Of a stretch of DNA of 64,000 nt, positions 14,259 through 30,114 are shown in pieces. Positions within the stretch are counted from its first letter, which is position 1, and every line of letters begins with the position of its first letter. The notes under the pieces were generated by a model. It ran no database searches, was not told where the DNA came from, and was given only the letters and a program-made list of their open reading frames with translations. Source of the DNA: Octopus vulgaris (Eukaryota); NCBI GenBank assembly GCA_951406725.2, contig OX597831.1:48918001-48982000 (forward strand). Direction: 5' to 3'. A program made the position numbers and the translations under genes.

Positions 14259-14877
14259 TATATATATATATATATATATAAAGGATTTTCATCTAATGAT
14301 GTAATGTACTACAAGTGGTCAGTTTGGTTTACCACTAAAACTTCAGCTTGAACAGCAATTGAGAACAAGTTGGTGTTGAAACTGCCTTTCAAAGCTAGCA
14401 AAAAAGCGATTCATTGTGGAGTGGGTACATGTGTATTAGAAACAGAGAACAGAAAAGAAAAAAACATATGATATCATACTAGATCCTTTAATTTGTAATT
14501 TATAATTCAAACATAGTGTAGAGTAATTACAGTAAGTAGCTAAAACTTCTTACAGCTGTTTCTAGAAGAGCTAAACATGTGGAACATGCATTATTGAGCA
14601 AGGATTTCTACGTAACTTAAGTATTCTGTCATCAGAAGAAGAGAGGGAAACAAATAAAGAATGTCCTTAAACAAGGATATTAGTACTTACCAGTCTGTTG
14701 AATAACTAAAGAGTGTCCCAAAGTTCCATGGCTGAAGAAAAAACTGAATGCTGTAAGAGACTTTAGCTATTTACTATAACTACTTTACACTATATTCAAA
14801 TTAAATTTATTAATTAAAAACTCTAAAGTGATATCACAGGTTTTGTTTGTCTGGTTTTCTTTCTTTGCTTCTAATAA

Positions 14878-14927
<50 letters not shown>

Positions 14928-15174
14928 ATGCTTTTACAATTCTTGAACTGGCATATATATAAAATATACCATGTATCTTAAAGCAATCTTTCAGGTTCTG
15001 TTAATGCTTTAAGATACAAGACACAGTTAATAGATATGCCTGTTCAAGTATTGTAAAAGCATAAAACTATTGGTAGCTCTTTCAGTTGTGTATTTAAATT
15101 GCCATTCATCTCTTACTGGATGGAGTACTTTTTTTTTTTGCTGATTCTACCTTTATTGGATCTTTAAGCTATAG

Positions 15175-15232
<58 letters not shown>

Positions 15233-15667
15233 GCGTGCAAATATGCACCCTGCTTTCATACCATTTCAGTCAATACAAACACAACTGATTTAAAATATAT
15301 AAACACCTAACAGTATAACTTTGAATGCTTGGATAAAATATATGCCTGTGCATGTACCCGGATATATGATTTTCTGGTGTGTGGAACACACACATATATT
15401 TATATAATGTTGATTAATGGGAATGTTTAAACTTTTGAGTGAATGCGAAATACTTTTTTGGGGGGGGAACAGTGAATCTCGAAGCACATAAAACTCTAAA
15501 TAATAGCACATAATTATTTGGTTGAAAGATCCCTGTGGATGAAGCATGGTCAGCCTTTGACGTTTTCTATCTAAAAGGGATTTTCATCCCAATATTTAAC
15601 AGACTGTTATTTATAGGTTTATATGCTTCAAGATTCCACTGTTCCAAAAGTTAATTTTAAGTGTGTT

Positions 15668-15709
<42 letters not shown>

Positions 15710-16040
15710 TATGTATGTATGTATGTATGTATGTATGTATGTATGTATGTATGTATGTATGTATGAAGTATGTGGTCTAGTGATTAGGGGTATTGCATTC
15801 ATGATCGTAAGATCATTTCTTTTTTGATTCTCAGACCAGCTGCAAATTATGTTCTTGAGAAAAACACTTCATTTCATGTTACTCCAGTCCACTTGGCTGT
15901 AAATGGATAACTTTGTGATGGACAAGCCTTCTAAGCTGGGGGAATGTTGGCCTGCTCACCTAACCACTGGTGGGGTAGCATCATTCAAATGCCAGAAACG
16001 ATGTGAAGTACATTGTGACCAGCGATGAATAACATCTGAT

Positions 16041-16272
16041 TGTGAGGTGGCGAACTGGTAGAATCGTTAGCACGCCGGGCGAAATGCTTAGCGGTATTTC
16101 ATCTGCCATTACATTCTGAGTTCAAATTCCACCAAGGTCAGCTTTGCCTTTCATCCTTTCGGGGTTGATAAATTAAGTACCAGTTACGCACTGGGGGTTA
16201 ATATAATTGACTTAATCCCTTTGTCCTTGTTTGTCCCCTCTGTTTAGCCCCTTGTGGGCAATAAAGAAATAC
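16041..16272 (+). mobile_element. SINE family A, full length, nested in a family C SINE (15765-16310)
   Basis: 14-bp TSD GAATAACATCTGAT at 16027-16040 and 16273-16286. Confidence 0.88.
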
Positions 16273-16311
16273 GAATAACATCTGATAGTCTGGTCAATAC
16301 CACGATATAGT

Positions 16312-16347
<36 letters not shown>

Positions 16348-16801
16348 TTATTCTTGACATTTTCCTTGTACACTTACTCTTTTTTGGATTTTCATTGTGT
16401 CTGCATATAGTATATAAGCATGTGTATGAGTATGCATGTCTATATGTGTTTACTTGCTGTGTCTGGAAGAAGTGAGTGTTCCCATATATTTTTGTATATA
16501 TTTTTGCAGAGAAGACATGAGAAAGGAGGAGAAGGTTGCAGAGGGCTGATTTGTTCATGGAAAGAGGGCAAGGGTATAGTAGTTAGGGATGAGCAAGGGG
16601 GCTTGGATGGAACAAGAGTGATGAAATTTAGTGCAAGAGGACATTAGCGGGATCTGTGCAGAGGAGATAGAAAACCACTCAGCTCTGAATATGAGTATTC
16701 CTGTGTTTGTTTGAAAGAAAACAATTTTCATATTCAGAATAAAGAATTCAATACCTTAAGAAGTAGTGTAAGTTATTATAGTGGTTAATATTCACCAATA
16801 C

Positions 16802-16872
<71 letters not shown>

Positions 16873-16910
16873 CATACATACATACATGCATACATACATA
16901 CATACATACA

Positions 16911-16968
<58 letters not shown>

Positions 16969-17315
16969 CAAACATATACATATGATGGGCTTCTTTCAAT
17001 TTCTGTCTACCAAATCCACTCTCAAGACTTTGGCTGGCCTGGGGCTATAGTAGAAAGCACTTGTCCAACGTTCCACACAGTGGGACTGAACCTGGAACCA
17101 TGTGGTTGAGATGCAAACTTCTTACCACACACAGAACATGAAACTGAAGAAGAATTACTCAATAATTTTTTATAAATATTTATTATACTTTTACAAGAAG
17201 TTAGGTGACAGTGACTTCTAAGTTTTGGCCTGATGATGGCTAGCAAACTAAAACTTCAAAGTTACAGTCTCCACCACTGTCCTTGTGAAAGTATAATTTG
17301 TATATATATCTATAC

Positions 17316-17355
<40 letters not shown>

Positions 17356-17629
17356 AGAGAGAGAGGAGGAAATGAGGGAAAGAGAGTCAACCTGCATATA
17401 TTTATATGTTTATATATTTATGTATGCACGCAGTTAGTGTCACAAACAAAATGCATCAAGTACACCATGCAAAGTGGTTGGTATTAGGAAGGGCATTTTG
17501 CTACAGGAGTCAAGCCCCAAAATTAAACTTATAAGCAAGATATATTCCTCTAACCCATCTCAGAGAGCAGTAATGGTCTGTCCAACCTAAACCAGTATAG
17601 AAAGTGGATGTAAATGTTAATAGTGACAA

Positions 17630-18340
<711 letters not shown>

Positions 18341-19169
18341 AGAGAAATACATCCCTTATAAATGTACCCACACTTTATCATTGTCACATGTATCCCAAAT
18401 TTTATCCAATTTTCAAAAATAATTATTCTAATATTTTCTCAAATATACTTTCACATGCATCATCTTATTATATTTCTTATGCCAATTTTATTGCATTTAT
18501 ATACCAAATATTTTACATTTCCACATTGAATTCTATCATATATTTTGTAAACAATCTTATTAATAATTCATTGCAAACAAATTTTGTTTGTTAGTGTTGT
18601 CACTGCAGTTGTTGTTGTTGCTGTTGTTGTTATGATTATGATGATGTTGCTGTTGTTAATACTGTTGCTGCTGTTGTTGTTATTGTTGCTATACAATAAA
18701 TAAATAAATAAATAAATAAATATGTAAATACATTCTTTTATTTACCTTAAATTCTTGTTAAATCCCAGATGGAGGTTATCTAGATTTGCTCAGTTGGTAT
18801 TGAGTTCAAATCCTATCACTAGCAGTCGCTGAATTATCATCCACAGTGAAAGCTGTTGATACTGAAAACAGCTCAGTCCAACTAGCTGTGATAAGGTACC
18901 AAGAGACATATGGTTAAGCATGTCAAAGAAAACAGCAAGGAACATTATACAAATAATGACTGTTTGCATTGAATGCTGAACATTCATAACAACTAAAAGG
19001 ACATTATGATATAGTTTGGAAAGGGATGGGTCTTGCCAAACTGACTTCCTTTATTTATTATGTGGTATTAAGAAGTCTTCAGCAGACTTTAACCAACTAA
19101 ATGGTTTACGGAACTCTCACAAATTACATAAAATCCATCCAAAAACAACTTTGTTTTCTTTTTCTCTTT

Positions 19170-19225
<56 letters not shown>

Positions 19226-19262
19226 CACACACATATATAAATTACACTTATGTATATATTAC

Positions 19263-19386
<124 letters not shown>

Positions 19387-19591
19387 GTATATATATACGA
19401 CATTTATATGCACATATGTGTGTTTGTATTTGGAAGTCATGCTAATGCAAAAGCACCATTTTTTTCAATATTGTGTGTTTTTTTGTCCATTGAGATATCT
19501 ACAATGAGATATTTTTACCTACATCTCATGAATGTACTTTCAATTCATGTATACATCTGTATCTGTATACGTATGTGTGTGTGTGCATGTA

Positions 19592-19647
<56 letters not shown>

Positions 19648-19655
19648 CAAATATG

Positions 19656-19690
<35 letters not shown>

Positions 19691-20004
19691 ATGTATGTAA
19701 ACTGCAACACAATCTCACCACTAAATGCCTGTGGTGTTTGGTTGGTTCTCATTGGTGTCAGCTAAATCTGTGATCTTCAGCAATGTCGTTGATAACACAG
19801 CTGTGCTGAAACATTTTCAGCAACAGTTAATCCTCATCACTTCATTGCATTCCATTTTAGCCTGCTCTGCCAAACACAAGATTTCTTGGAAATTTTCTTA
19901 TTTTATTATTGTTGTTGTTATTACTATATATCTATTTCAAAAAGCATCCCCAGATTTTTTTCTACAAATCACAGCCAAAGTGTACCCACTTTCAACATCA
20001 TATA

Positions 20005-20053
<49 letters not shown>

Positions 20054-20340
20054 TATACACTCACATTTATATGTAATTAATATATATGCATACATATTTA
20101 TATAAAATATATATATGTACGCAATATGTGTGTGTGTGTCTGTTTGTGTGTGTGTTATATCAAGAACTCAAGACAGCATTGTCAATGATATTGCCATTGT
20201 ATTTTCTTGAATTTTTACTTAAATTTTTACTCTAAATATTTTTCTGATGGAAGGGGCAATGTCCATGACCTTTGCAGTCCCTTTACAACTAGTATATTTG
20301 ATACAGGTGACGTTCAGTTTTCAATGGGTAGTCAGGAAAT

Positions 20341-20406
20341 TCCAAAGCTATCATGAAGTTCCAAGGATATCATGAAGTTCCAAAGCTATCATGAAGTTCC
20401 AAGGAT
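20341..20406. repeat. 19-bp tandem repeat, 3.5 copies, alternating variants
   Basis: TCCAAAGCTATCATGAAGT / TCCAAGGATATCATGAAGT. Confidence 0.85.
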
Positions 20407-21490
20407 GAAGGATTGTTAAAGATAACTAGATATGCAGGATCTACAGAAGGAATAATGAGGCAAGGTTCAGTACAGATTTTTCACAGGAGAAGATGGATAG
20501 CATTTGTATGCAACTAGCTAGTTCTAAACAGCAGAGAAAATGGTAATGAGGGAAGAGTGAGTGAACAGCACTCACTCCACATCTATCAGGTTGAAGTTTG
20601 TTATCTTAGTAAATCTTTGATAATCAGTTGATAGTGTGTCTTCTCTTAAATGAGATGTTCCAAAAGTAATTAGGAAATTAGGCCCACCTTCTCAGAAAAT
20701 TTTGAGTCTAGTATTACCTGCCAAAGATCATTCTTTCTTGCATTTGCAGCAGACTCTGTGACAGAGTTCTGAGAAGCTGCTGACTGAACAATGCTAGCAA
20801 TCTAGTTTCAATACTCAATTGAGACTGTTTTGTTGGATTTATACTTATTTTTATTTATTTATTTATTTATTCAATTTATTTGCTAACAGCCACTCTGGGA
20901 CATAGTCCTAAAAGAAAATAAATCATTTGTTTGAGATCTTTTTTTAAAGAATTACATCCAGGGTTTCTTGGCAACATTAGAGACCTCTGGGCAAATGAAA
21001 GCACTGGGCCCTATAGTTTTTTAAACCCCTACATACATACATTAGAATTGAGCCCCTAAACCCAAGAGCCCCCCCCCCCCCCGGTAACTGCCTAGTGTGC
21101 CCATACCTGAAGATGATACTGATTACATCATAAATTCCATTAATAGATATTTTTGATCAGTAAAAAAAAAATACAGACACACTTATGTAAAGATCGTTAA
21201 AAATAATGTTTGGCTTCTTAATTGGTTAAATAGTTGCTAATAATTACTTAGAGTATCTGCTGTTATATGTTTTGAGAATGTTTGGCACCAAAGTAGAAAT
21301 TAATATATTTCAAATTAAGGAAGAAACTAATTAATACTTTGAGAGGATATGCCATAACGATTTGGAAAGACAGATGGGGTATGATTAATGAATGACACTA
21401 CACACTTGTTAGTGAATAAAAATGTCTTTCTATTCAGCTTCATGGAGGATCCTCCACCTCTCTTTATGTCTCTTCTATATACACACACAC

Positions 21491-21557
<67 letters not shown>

Positions 21558-21683
21558 CACGCACGCACACACATTCCACACACACACTGCATGCCATCAT
21601 GGAGAAAATTCTTCAACTATAGCCCTAAGCTAACAAAAGCTTTGCAAGTGGATTTGAATACAGAAACTAAATGAAAAGTCCAT

Positions 21684-21722
<39 letters not shown>

Positions 21723-21994
21723 GAGATTGTATTTTCTTGTCTTGATATCATGTGATAGGAAACAAGTGTTGCTGACACTCAAGCAGTGTCATTTGTTTTC
21801 AATTTCCTGTGAAAACATGTTTGGCCATGAGGAACTATTACCTTACTCAGAAACAGGAATGACATTCAGCTGGGGAAAGTTGAAAATCTGTCTCAATGAA
21901 TTCTACCTGACTCATGCAAGCATAAAATACTATGAAAAAGATATGACTAATAAAAGACTTTTTGTCAGAGATAATAATAATAATAATGAAATTA

Positions 21995-22430
21995 TTGTAT
22001 ACAGTGCTCAGGTGCACCACAACTTGTCAAAAGTGCATATAAAGCATATGCAGTAATGTACAAATGTCTGGGAAGTGAACAGTGTATAAGTCAGATACAT
22101 GCTTGCATGTGAATGGAGGGGAGAAAATCAAGTGTAGTGTTGGCGAATCTCAGGAAGCATAGAAGTTTTGAAAGATGCAGTGCTCCGACAACTAACAACT
22201 GATGCTGGCAGTTTGTTCCATACTTCAGCAACTCTTAGCATGAAAAAATGTTTCCGAAAATCATGGGAGCTGTGCTGTTTTCTGACCTTGTAAACATGTC
22301 CACGAGTGTTAGACAGGTGGAATTTGAAAAGGTGCTCAGAGTTATTGTTAGTAAGATGGTTAATAATTTTATGGGTGTCTGTGAAGTCAGCTGCCAGACA
22401 TCAGAGTTTCAGAGTGACTGCACTGAAATA
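21995..22430 (-). mobile_element. CR1/L2-like LINE 3' fragment
   Basis: Minus strand encodes the remnant HDFRKHFF..RVAEVWNKLPASVV....F, a typical ORF2 C-terminal motif; a short sibling lies at ~44110-44200. Confidence 0.7.
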
Positions 22431-22508
22431 TGAATAATTGATGACAAATATGAAAAAATAAATACTGATAGAATTGAAGGTATTTTACTAACAATAGAAA
22501 TAAATTAA

Positions 22509-22729
22509 ACCTTTAGCTTTCAGATTACTCTGTCAAATGTAATACTTATTTATTCCCATTATTTTAAATTAATCATGCATTATCTCACAGCTTTGAGATT
22601 TCAATGACATGGTTGTTTATTTTTAGAATGACATTGTAGGGTATGTGTGAGAGACCAGATCTGGCCAGTTTGAAGATATGACAAGGTAGAATATTTGGAC
22701 CAGGTATGGCCAGTTCAAATGCCGAAGAG
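22509..22729. mobile_element. piggyBac-like MITE (sibling of 12994-13213)
   Basis: TTAA-flanked, reverse-complement similarity to 12994-13213. Confidence 0.65.
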
Positions 22730-23298
22730 TTAAAGAAGATGGGAAGCAGTTGGGTTCAAACTTTGAAACATGAATTCTCCCAAATGTAATGAAACAAGAT
22801 CAAGATACCTTGAGAAACACTACTTCATTGCTTAACTATCCAAAGTGATAGACATATTGTTAAATCAAATAAATAGGATTATTATCAAGAAAAAGAAGAG
22901 AAGTAACTGGAAACATCATTATTCTATATTTTAATCTACATCGTATTCATTTCTTTTGTTTTCTTGTATGAAATATATGAAACTATTTAGCTGTATCTCA
23001 TAGGATACTACATATTTTCACAACTGGATCTTTTTAATTTGAGTGACATTGGCTTCATTGAACCACCCCTTCTATTTCTGTACAGATAGTTCTGTTGTGT
23101 GATTCATGGGTAATGCTTACACTATTGTACAGGTTTGAGGGTGGAGGTTGTCTGTCTAAAAGCAAGCATAATATATAGAGAGTAATTGTTACTGGTACTG
23201 TTCTTGTTGTTGTCGTTGTTAAAGCATTTATTTTTGTAGCTACTGTTAGAATCAAAGTTATTTTTCTTTAGAAGGACATTGCCATCAGTGTGTATGTG

Positions 23299-23367
<69 letters not shown>

Positions 23368-24250
23368 GATATACTGATGGCAATATAGATAGATAGACAT
23401 ATATACACACATATATATAACATATATATATAGTTAATCCAAACATGAAAACACAAAGAGAAAACACAACAATGCGAGGACGTGGAACAAATATAGTATT
23501 ATTGGACGCTCAGGAAGGAAGGGAATATATATCATCATCATCGTTTAGCATTCACTTTCCATGCTGGCAAGGGGTTGAACGGTTCAACTGGGTCTGGGAA
23601 GCCAGAAGGCTACACCAGGCCCAGTCTGATCTGGCAATGTTTCTACGGCTGGATGCCCTTCCTAATGCCAACCACTCCATGAGTGTAGTGGGTGCTTTTT
23701 ACGTGCCACCGGCACAGGTGCCAGACGAGGCTGGCAAACGGCCACGATCGGATGGTGCTTTTTACATATATATAAATATATATATATATGTAACATACAT
23801 ATATATATATATATTCTCAAATGCAGGATAATGCTAATAATATAGCCTGAACAGGATAAGCTACCCCTATTTTGCAGAAATAAATGTTGGCGGCCGGCTA
23901 TGAGACACAAACTCACACCTCCGTTATTATTCATCGCAGTGCTCTGAACCCTTAAGCTAAACTGCCCACACCACAAATTCTTCTGCAAATTTAAGATATA
24001 GAAATCTCGCTTTATGAGATGTTATCATACATTAAATTCAAATTAGAAGCGTTGAGATGTCTTAGAAAGTTAAAGAAGTTATTTTAAATTCTCAAATGCA
24101 GGATAATAGCCTGAACAATATTGCAGAAAAAAGTGTTGGCAGCCAGCTATGAGAATTTAAAGTATATATAGAAATATATATATATATATATTTCGTTTTT
24201 GGATTTTGTTTGCAAGATTCTTTATATGAGTTCATGTGTTGAAGCATTTT

Positions 24251-24522
24251 CTGTTGTGTCTGGGGAGAGTCATTTTCTTTTTGTGCCTTATAATATAACA
24301 CACTCACCAGTAAAATTTCCACTTTTTTGTTACTTTTATTTTCCTAAAATTTTCGTTGTGTCTTGCAACCTTTTCAATAGTTTTGACTCTCAAAACTATT
24401 GAAAAGGTTGCAAAATGCAACGAAAATTTTAGGAAAATAAAAGTAAGAAAAAAGTGGAAATTTTACCGGTGAGTGTGTTATATTATAAGGCACAAAAAGA
24501 AAATGACTCTCCAGACACAACA

Positions 24523-24523
<1 letters not shown>
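24251..24523. repeat. ~270-bp near-perfect palindrome (Penelope-like inverted end)
   Basis: CTGTTGTGTCTGG...TTTTGA ctc TCAAAA...CCAGACACAACAG; arms of about 135 bp. A related, more diverged hairpin lies at 28994-29192. Confidence 0.9.
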
Positions 24524-24568
<45 letters not shown>

Positions 24569-24919
24569 CATTTAATCCATGATCATTAGTCTGGTAAAAT
24601 ATCTTTTTATACACCCAGACTTATTTTTGAGTTCTTTATTCTAAGTGACCAGATAATCCTCTTTAAACTTGTTACCCAATAGAATACACACTCACAGACA
24701 CACATGTACATACATACATATATATGTATGCCCACACTTGCACTTGAATATTTATGCACACGTATACTGTACATATTTACTCATGAGAGCACACACTTTA
24801 TGTGTGAGGGGGTGTGGGGGGGGGGGAGAAAGAAAGAATGACAGGAAGGAAAGAAGGAAAAAAAATTGATACATCTTGATATTAAATATGATGAGAAATC
24901 ATTTTGTTGTATTATTAAG

Positions 24920-25196
<277 letters not shown>

Positions 25197-25258
25197 GCTT
25201 TTAGGGGTTACATGCTCTTGTGTGAGGGAGCTTAATGGTCCCAGAGGACTCATCAAGC

Positions 25259-25289
<31 letters not shown>

Positions 25290-27084
25290 CACACATACAT
25301 ACATACATACATACATACACATGCACACATATTTTATAAGTATTAATATATATATATATATACATAATATAAATATGACAATATTTCAGGATTATTTTTA
25401 ATTGTTTACTCAAGACAGCATTTGTATCAAATTGGTTCTTCAGAGACAATCTAAATATTTTCATACATGATGACAATTGGAATGCAACAGCTTGAAGTTA
25501 TCCACTACAACCATTGATAACAGTTTATTATATAAGTTTGATTTTTGTGTGAAAACAATTACATATTTGGTTAAATCTATCCAAAATATACAATACAATC
25601 ACAGACACCAAAAGAAAATGTTGACCCTGGCATAGCACATCAAACCTCAAAGGATTCCTCCAAATACTCTAAGACATTTGGTCCAACATTTTTCTATTTC
25701 TGTCATCACTAACCGTTCTTTGTTACAAAAAATATTCAATGAAGCAAAAATATTCAAAATAAAACTGAAATAACCACACAGAATTCTTTCTAGATTATTT
25801 ATAAACGATATTTGAATTCCTTATGTTTAATTTTTAAGTATTTTCTTAACTTATACACGTGATGTACCCTGGTGGTCAGAAGTCATAGGGAAAACAATTC
25901 AAACTTCCAATCTAGCCTTAACTTAATGAAAATCATCAAGTTAAGGCTAAACTGGAATTTTGTATTTTAAATCAAAGAGTGAAAAAAGTGCATAGTATAG
26001 GGGAATTACAACCGTGTTTCGTGGTCTGCTACCACAACAGCTCCTTTATAGGATCCAGTTAGCTCAAGACATCATCAGGAGGAACCATGTCCGGTTTCGG
26101 CCCCTACTCCTCTACTGTGTTGATGTGGTGCCCCCCTCCCTTTCAGAGGTGTCTTCAGCTCTGTTGTTGGGTGCATGTCTTCTTTCTTCTTTCTTCAGTT
26201 TCCTGGCCTCTTCAATGTATCGTCAGCGAGTGTCAGCCGGTGACTAACTGTCTTGTCAACTTTCTCCCTTTAAATACCTGCCACATAGGCTCCACATTTA
26301 ATTTTTTTTTTCCTTATACGTTATAAAGATCTTAAAATTTCCCTTCAAAACTATGAGTTATTCATTGTAAGGTAACCAAATGCAATGTGATACCTTAAAT
26401 TATTATATTTGTTTGCCTGATTGCATGAACATCAGTCAAGACAATTTTGTCTGAGAATTATTTGTCAAAAAAATATTTGACAATTTTCATCTCATCTTTA
26501 TTTTCTTTCTGGTTGTCTATATCCTCTATAATTTAAGTACGCTGACCAATGTTCAAAATGACACTAATTTCTTATAATTCTAGTGCTTTTTTTTTTTTTT
26601 GCCTGTGACATTTAAACTAGGGTGGGTGGGTCTGTATAAACACTGCAGTCCAATAGCAAATACAAATATTTTTTTATGATTTCTGAAATTAATCAATTGC
26701 TGGAATGTATCATAATTTATGATACCTCATTAGATGATGATTTATACCTAGAAATTGCTTAGAAATATTATTTGTTGTAATTCATCATATATCTATGGTA
26801 TATGAGGTGGGGTGCATGTGTGTGTGTGTGTGTGTGTGGAGACAAGGATAGCAAAAGGGGATGAAGTAAAAGGAAGAGAAAGAGGTACTTACCACAAAAG
26901 AAAAGTAAACTCAATGGAAGGAAAAGCCAGTAGTGCTGACAGAAAGTTCCTTCAAATGCAATTGCTGTATGTGTGACCACCACTCCTGTGTGGACCTTTA
27001 CAGCCACAGGAGATGCCGCACCACAATCAGTAGCTAACACAATTTCTTCAGGTGCAGATCCATGGTCTCTCGAGAACAAATACC

Positions 27085-27130
<46 letters not shown>

Positions 27131-27415
27131 TATTATTATTATTATTATTATAAAAGAATTAATTATATAAATAAAAGAATTAATTATTATTATTATAATC
27201 ATTATTATTATTATCATTATTATTTTATCATTTTATTATTATTATCTATTTGAAAAAAATTCCCCGAAATGCGTGTAGTCTTTTTACTACTATTTACTAT
27301 TTATTGTACTTCATTGAGTTTTAGAATAAGGTTTTTTTTTATAGTATATGTTTTCTATATGGTGGGAATAACATCTTTCTATATTGAATTGTTTAACAGA
27401 GTTTTTTCTGTAAAT

Positions 27416-27480
<65 letters not shown>

Positions 27481-27956
27481 CATACATACACACACACATA
27501 TATATACATACAAACACATATATACATACCCACTCACATACATCTGCATACATATTTACACTCATATATATACATATACATATCATCTCTTGAGCTCTCA
27601 ACAGCCCCACACACATTTGTGTGCATATATGCAGACACACATACATATATATATATACATATATATATATATGCATATATATGTAGACACACACCCACAT
27701 ATATACATACACATATATATGCACATATATATATACATGTACATATATCACATATATACTTAAAAATACTAAAACACTCACACACACATATATATGCATA
27801 CATATATAAAATTGTATACAACAGAAAGTAGAATGGAGAATTAAATATTTTTTAATTCATAATTTATAATCTAAAATTTGGTTATGCACATTACATAATG
27901 CAACAATGCATTAATTCTGAACCTAAATTGATCAATAATTAACTGACTACAATATT

Positions 27957-28720
27957 TAATTCTTTATTGCCCACAAGAGGACAAACAAGGACAGACAAAG
28001 AGATTAAGTCGATTACATTGACCCCAGTGCATAACTGGTACTTATTTAATCGACCCCGAAAGGATGAAGGGCAAAGTCGACTTTGGCGGGATTTGAACTC
28101 AGAACGTAATGGCAGATGAAATACCTATTTCTTTACTACCCACAAGGGGCTAAATGCAGAGAGGACAAACAAGGACAGACAAAGGGATTAAGTCGATTAT
28201 ATCGACCCCAGTGCATAACTGGTATTATTTAATCGACCCCAAAATGATGAAAGGCAAAATCAACTTTGGCGGGATTTGAACTCAGAACGTAATGGCAGAT
28301 GAAATACCATTTCTTACTACCCACAAGGGGCTAAACGCAGAGAGGACAAACAAGGACAGACAAAGGATTAAGTCGATTATATCGACCCCAGTGCATAACT
28401 GGTATTATTTAATCGACCCTGAAAGGATGAAAGGCAAAATCGACTTTGGCGGGATTTGAACTCAGAACATAACGGCAGATGAAATACCTATTGCTTTACT
28501 ACCCACAAGGGGCTAAACGCAGAGAGGACAAACAAGGACAGACAAAGGGATTAAGCCGATTATATCGACCCCAGTGCATAACTGGTATTATTTAATCAAC
28601 CCTGAAAGGATGAAAGGCAAAGTCGACCTCAGCGAAATTTGAACTCAGAACGTAGCGGCAGATAAAATACCACTAAGCATTTCACCTGGCATGCTAACAA
28701 TTCTGCCAGCTCATCGCCCA
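27957..28720 (-). mobile_element. SINE family A concatemer: one head plus 4 tandem ~180-bp bodies
   Basis: Units start near 27961, 28131, 28312 and 28494; the whole array is flanked by the 16-bp TSD AACTGACTACAATATT (27941, 28721). Confidence 0.9.
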
Positions 28721-29403
28721 AACTGACTACAATATTACATAGATAAGGTCAATGCTAGAACACCCTCCTCAAACAACTGCTCTACAAAATACACACATAC
28801 ACACACAGAGGCACATATGTATATTTGTATACTGACAGTATACAAATTTTTTTCAAAATAATTATGCTGGCACTCCTCAGATCATATTTAAATTATGTAT
28901 GCATTATTTGGGAATCATATTGCTTATATTTCATTTTTTTTACTTTGTTTGCAAGATACTTTATGTGAATTCATGTATTGAAACAAATTTTTTTGTGTCT
29001 GGGGAAAGTCATTACGTTAATATCATTAACACATGCACTGGTTCAATTCCACTCCTTTGTTATTAATCGATTGGTTAAATATCCATCTAACTAATCGATC
29101 TGGTTAAACCAATTGACTAATAATAAAGGAGTGGAACTGAACCAGCATGTATGTTGATAATATTGGCATAATGACTCTCCCTAGACACAACATTGCCATT
29201 TATACATAAACTAATATCAACTTATATATATATATATATATACATGTATATATATATATATATACACGTATCAGACATTACATGTCATGCATCTCACATA
29301 CATGCAAATAATCTTTTTTGCTGACAATTTTGAAATAGTTATGTGTGATATCACTTCTCATATCACATGCAATTCATTATAACACATTTGCAGAAAATCA
29401 GCA

Positions 29404-29485
29404 TGGATATCATCACACATGGATATCATCATACAAGGATATCATCACACAAGGATATTATCACACATGGATATCATCACACATA
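29404..29485. repeat. 16-bp tandem repeat GGATATCATCACACAT, about 5 copies
   Basis: Direct inspection. Confidence 0.85.
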
Positions 29486-30114
29486 CACATATATGTATAC
29501 ACATATAGATATACATGTGTGTGTATATACATACATACATATTTGTGTGCGTATATATACATATGTGTGTACATATATACATATATATGCATGCATGTAT
29601 ATGTGTATGTCTATAAATATATATGTGTGTGTATATATATATATATATTCATGTATATGTATGTTGTCATGTGCATATATAGGTATGTGTGTATGTGTAT
29701 GTAAATGCATATTGATATTGTCTATGTGCATGTGTGCAGGTGCATGTGTGTGTGTGTGTTTGAAACCAATTGAATTCTTAAGCAAATTCATCAAAAAATT
29801 TTTAGAGTTAAAATGATTTAAGTTTTGTAATTAATTGAAATATTCTAAAAACTTCACATATTTCATACTTTCATGAAACCAATTTACTCATGAAAAGATT
29901 TGAACCCCATAAACATGGAATTTTTCATAACTATATTTATACTGAGTTAAAATTGAATTTACTTGATAAAAATAGCAATTCAATTTCCCTTTTTCTCTTT
30001 CCTTTTTCTAGATTTTATCGAGTTAAAATGTAAAGTGTAGAAATTTATGCAAAAATAGCCTTCATTTTTATATCTCAATTTTATCTAAGTAGATTGAAAG
30101 ATTATTATTATTAT

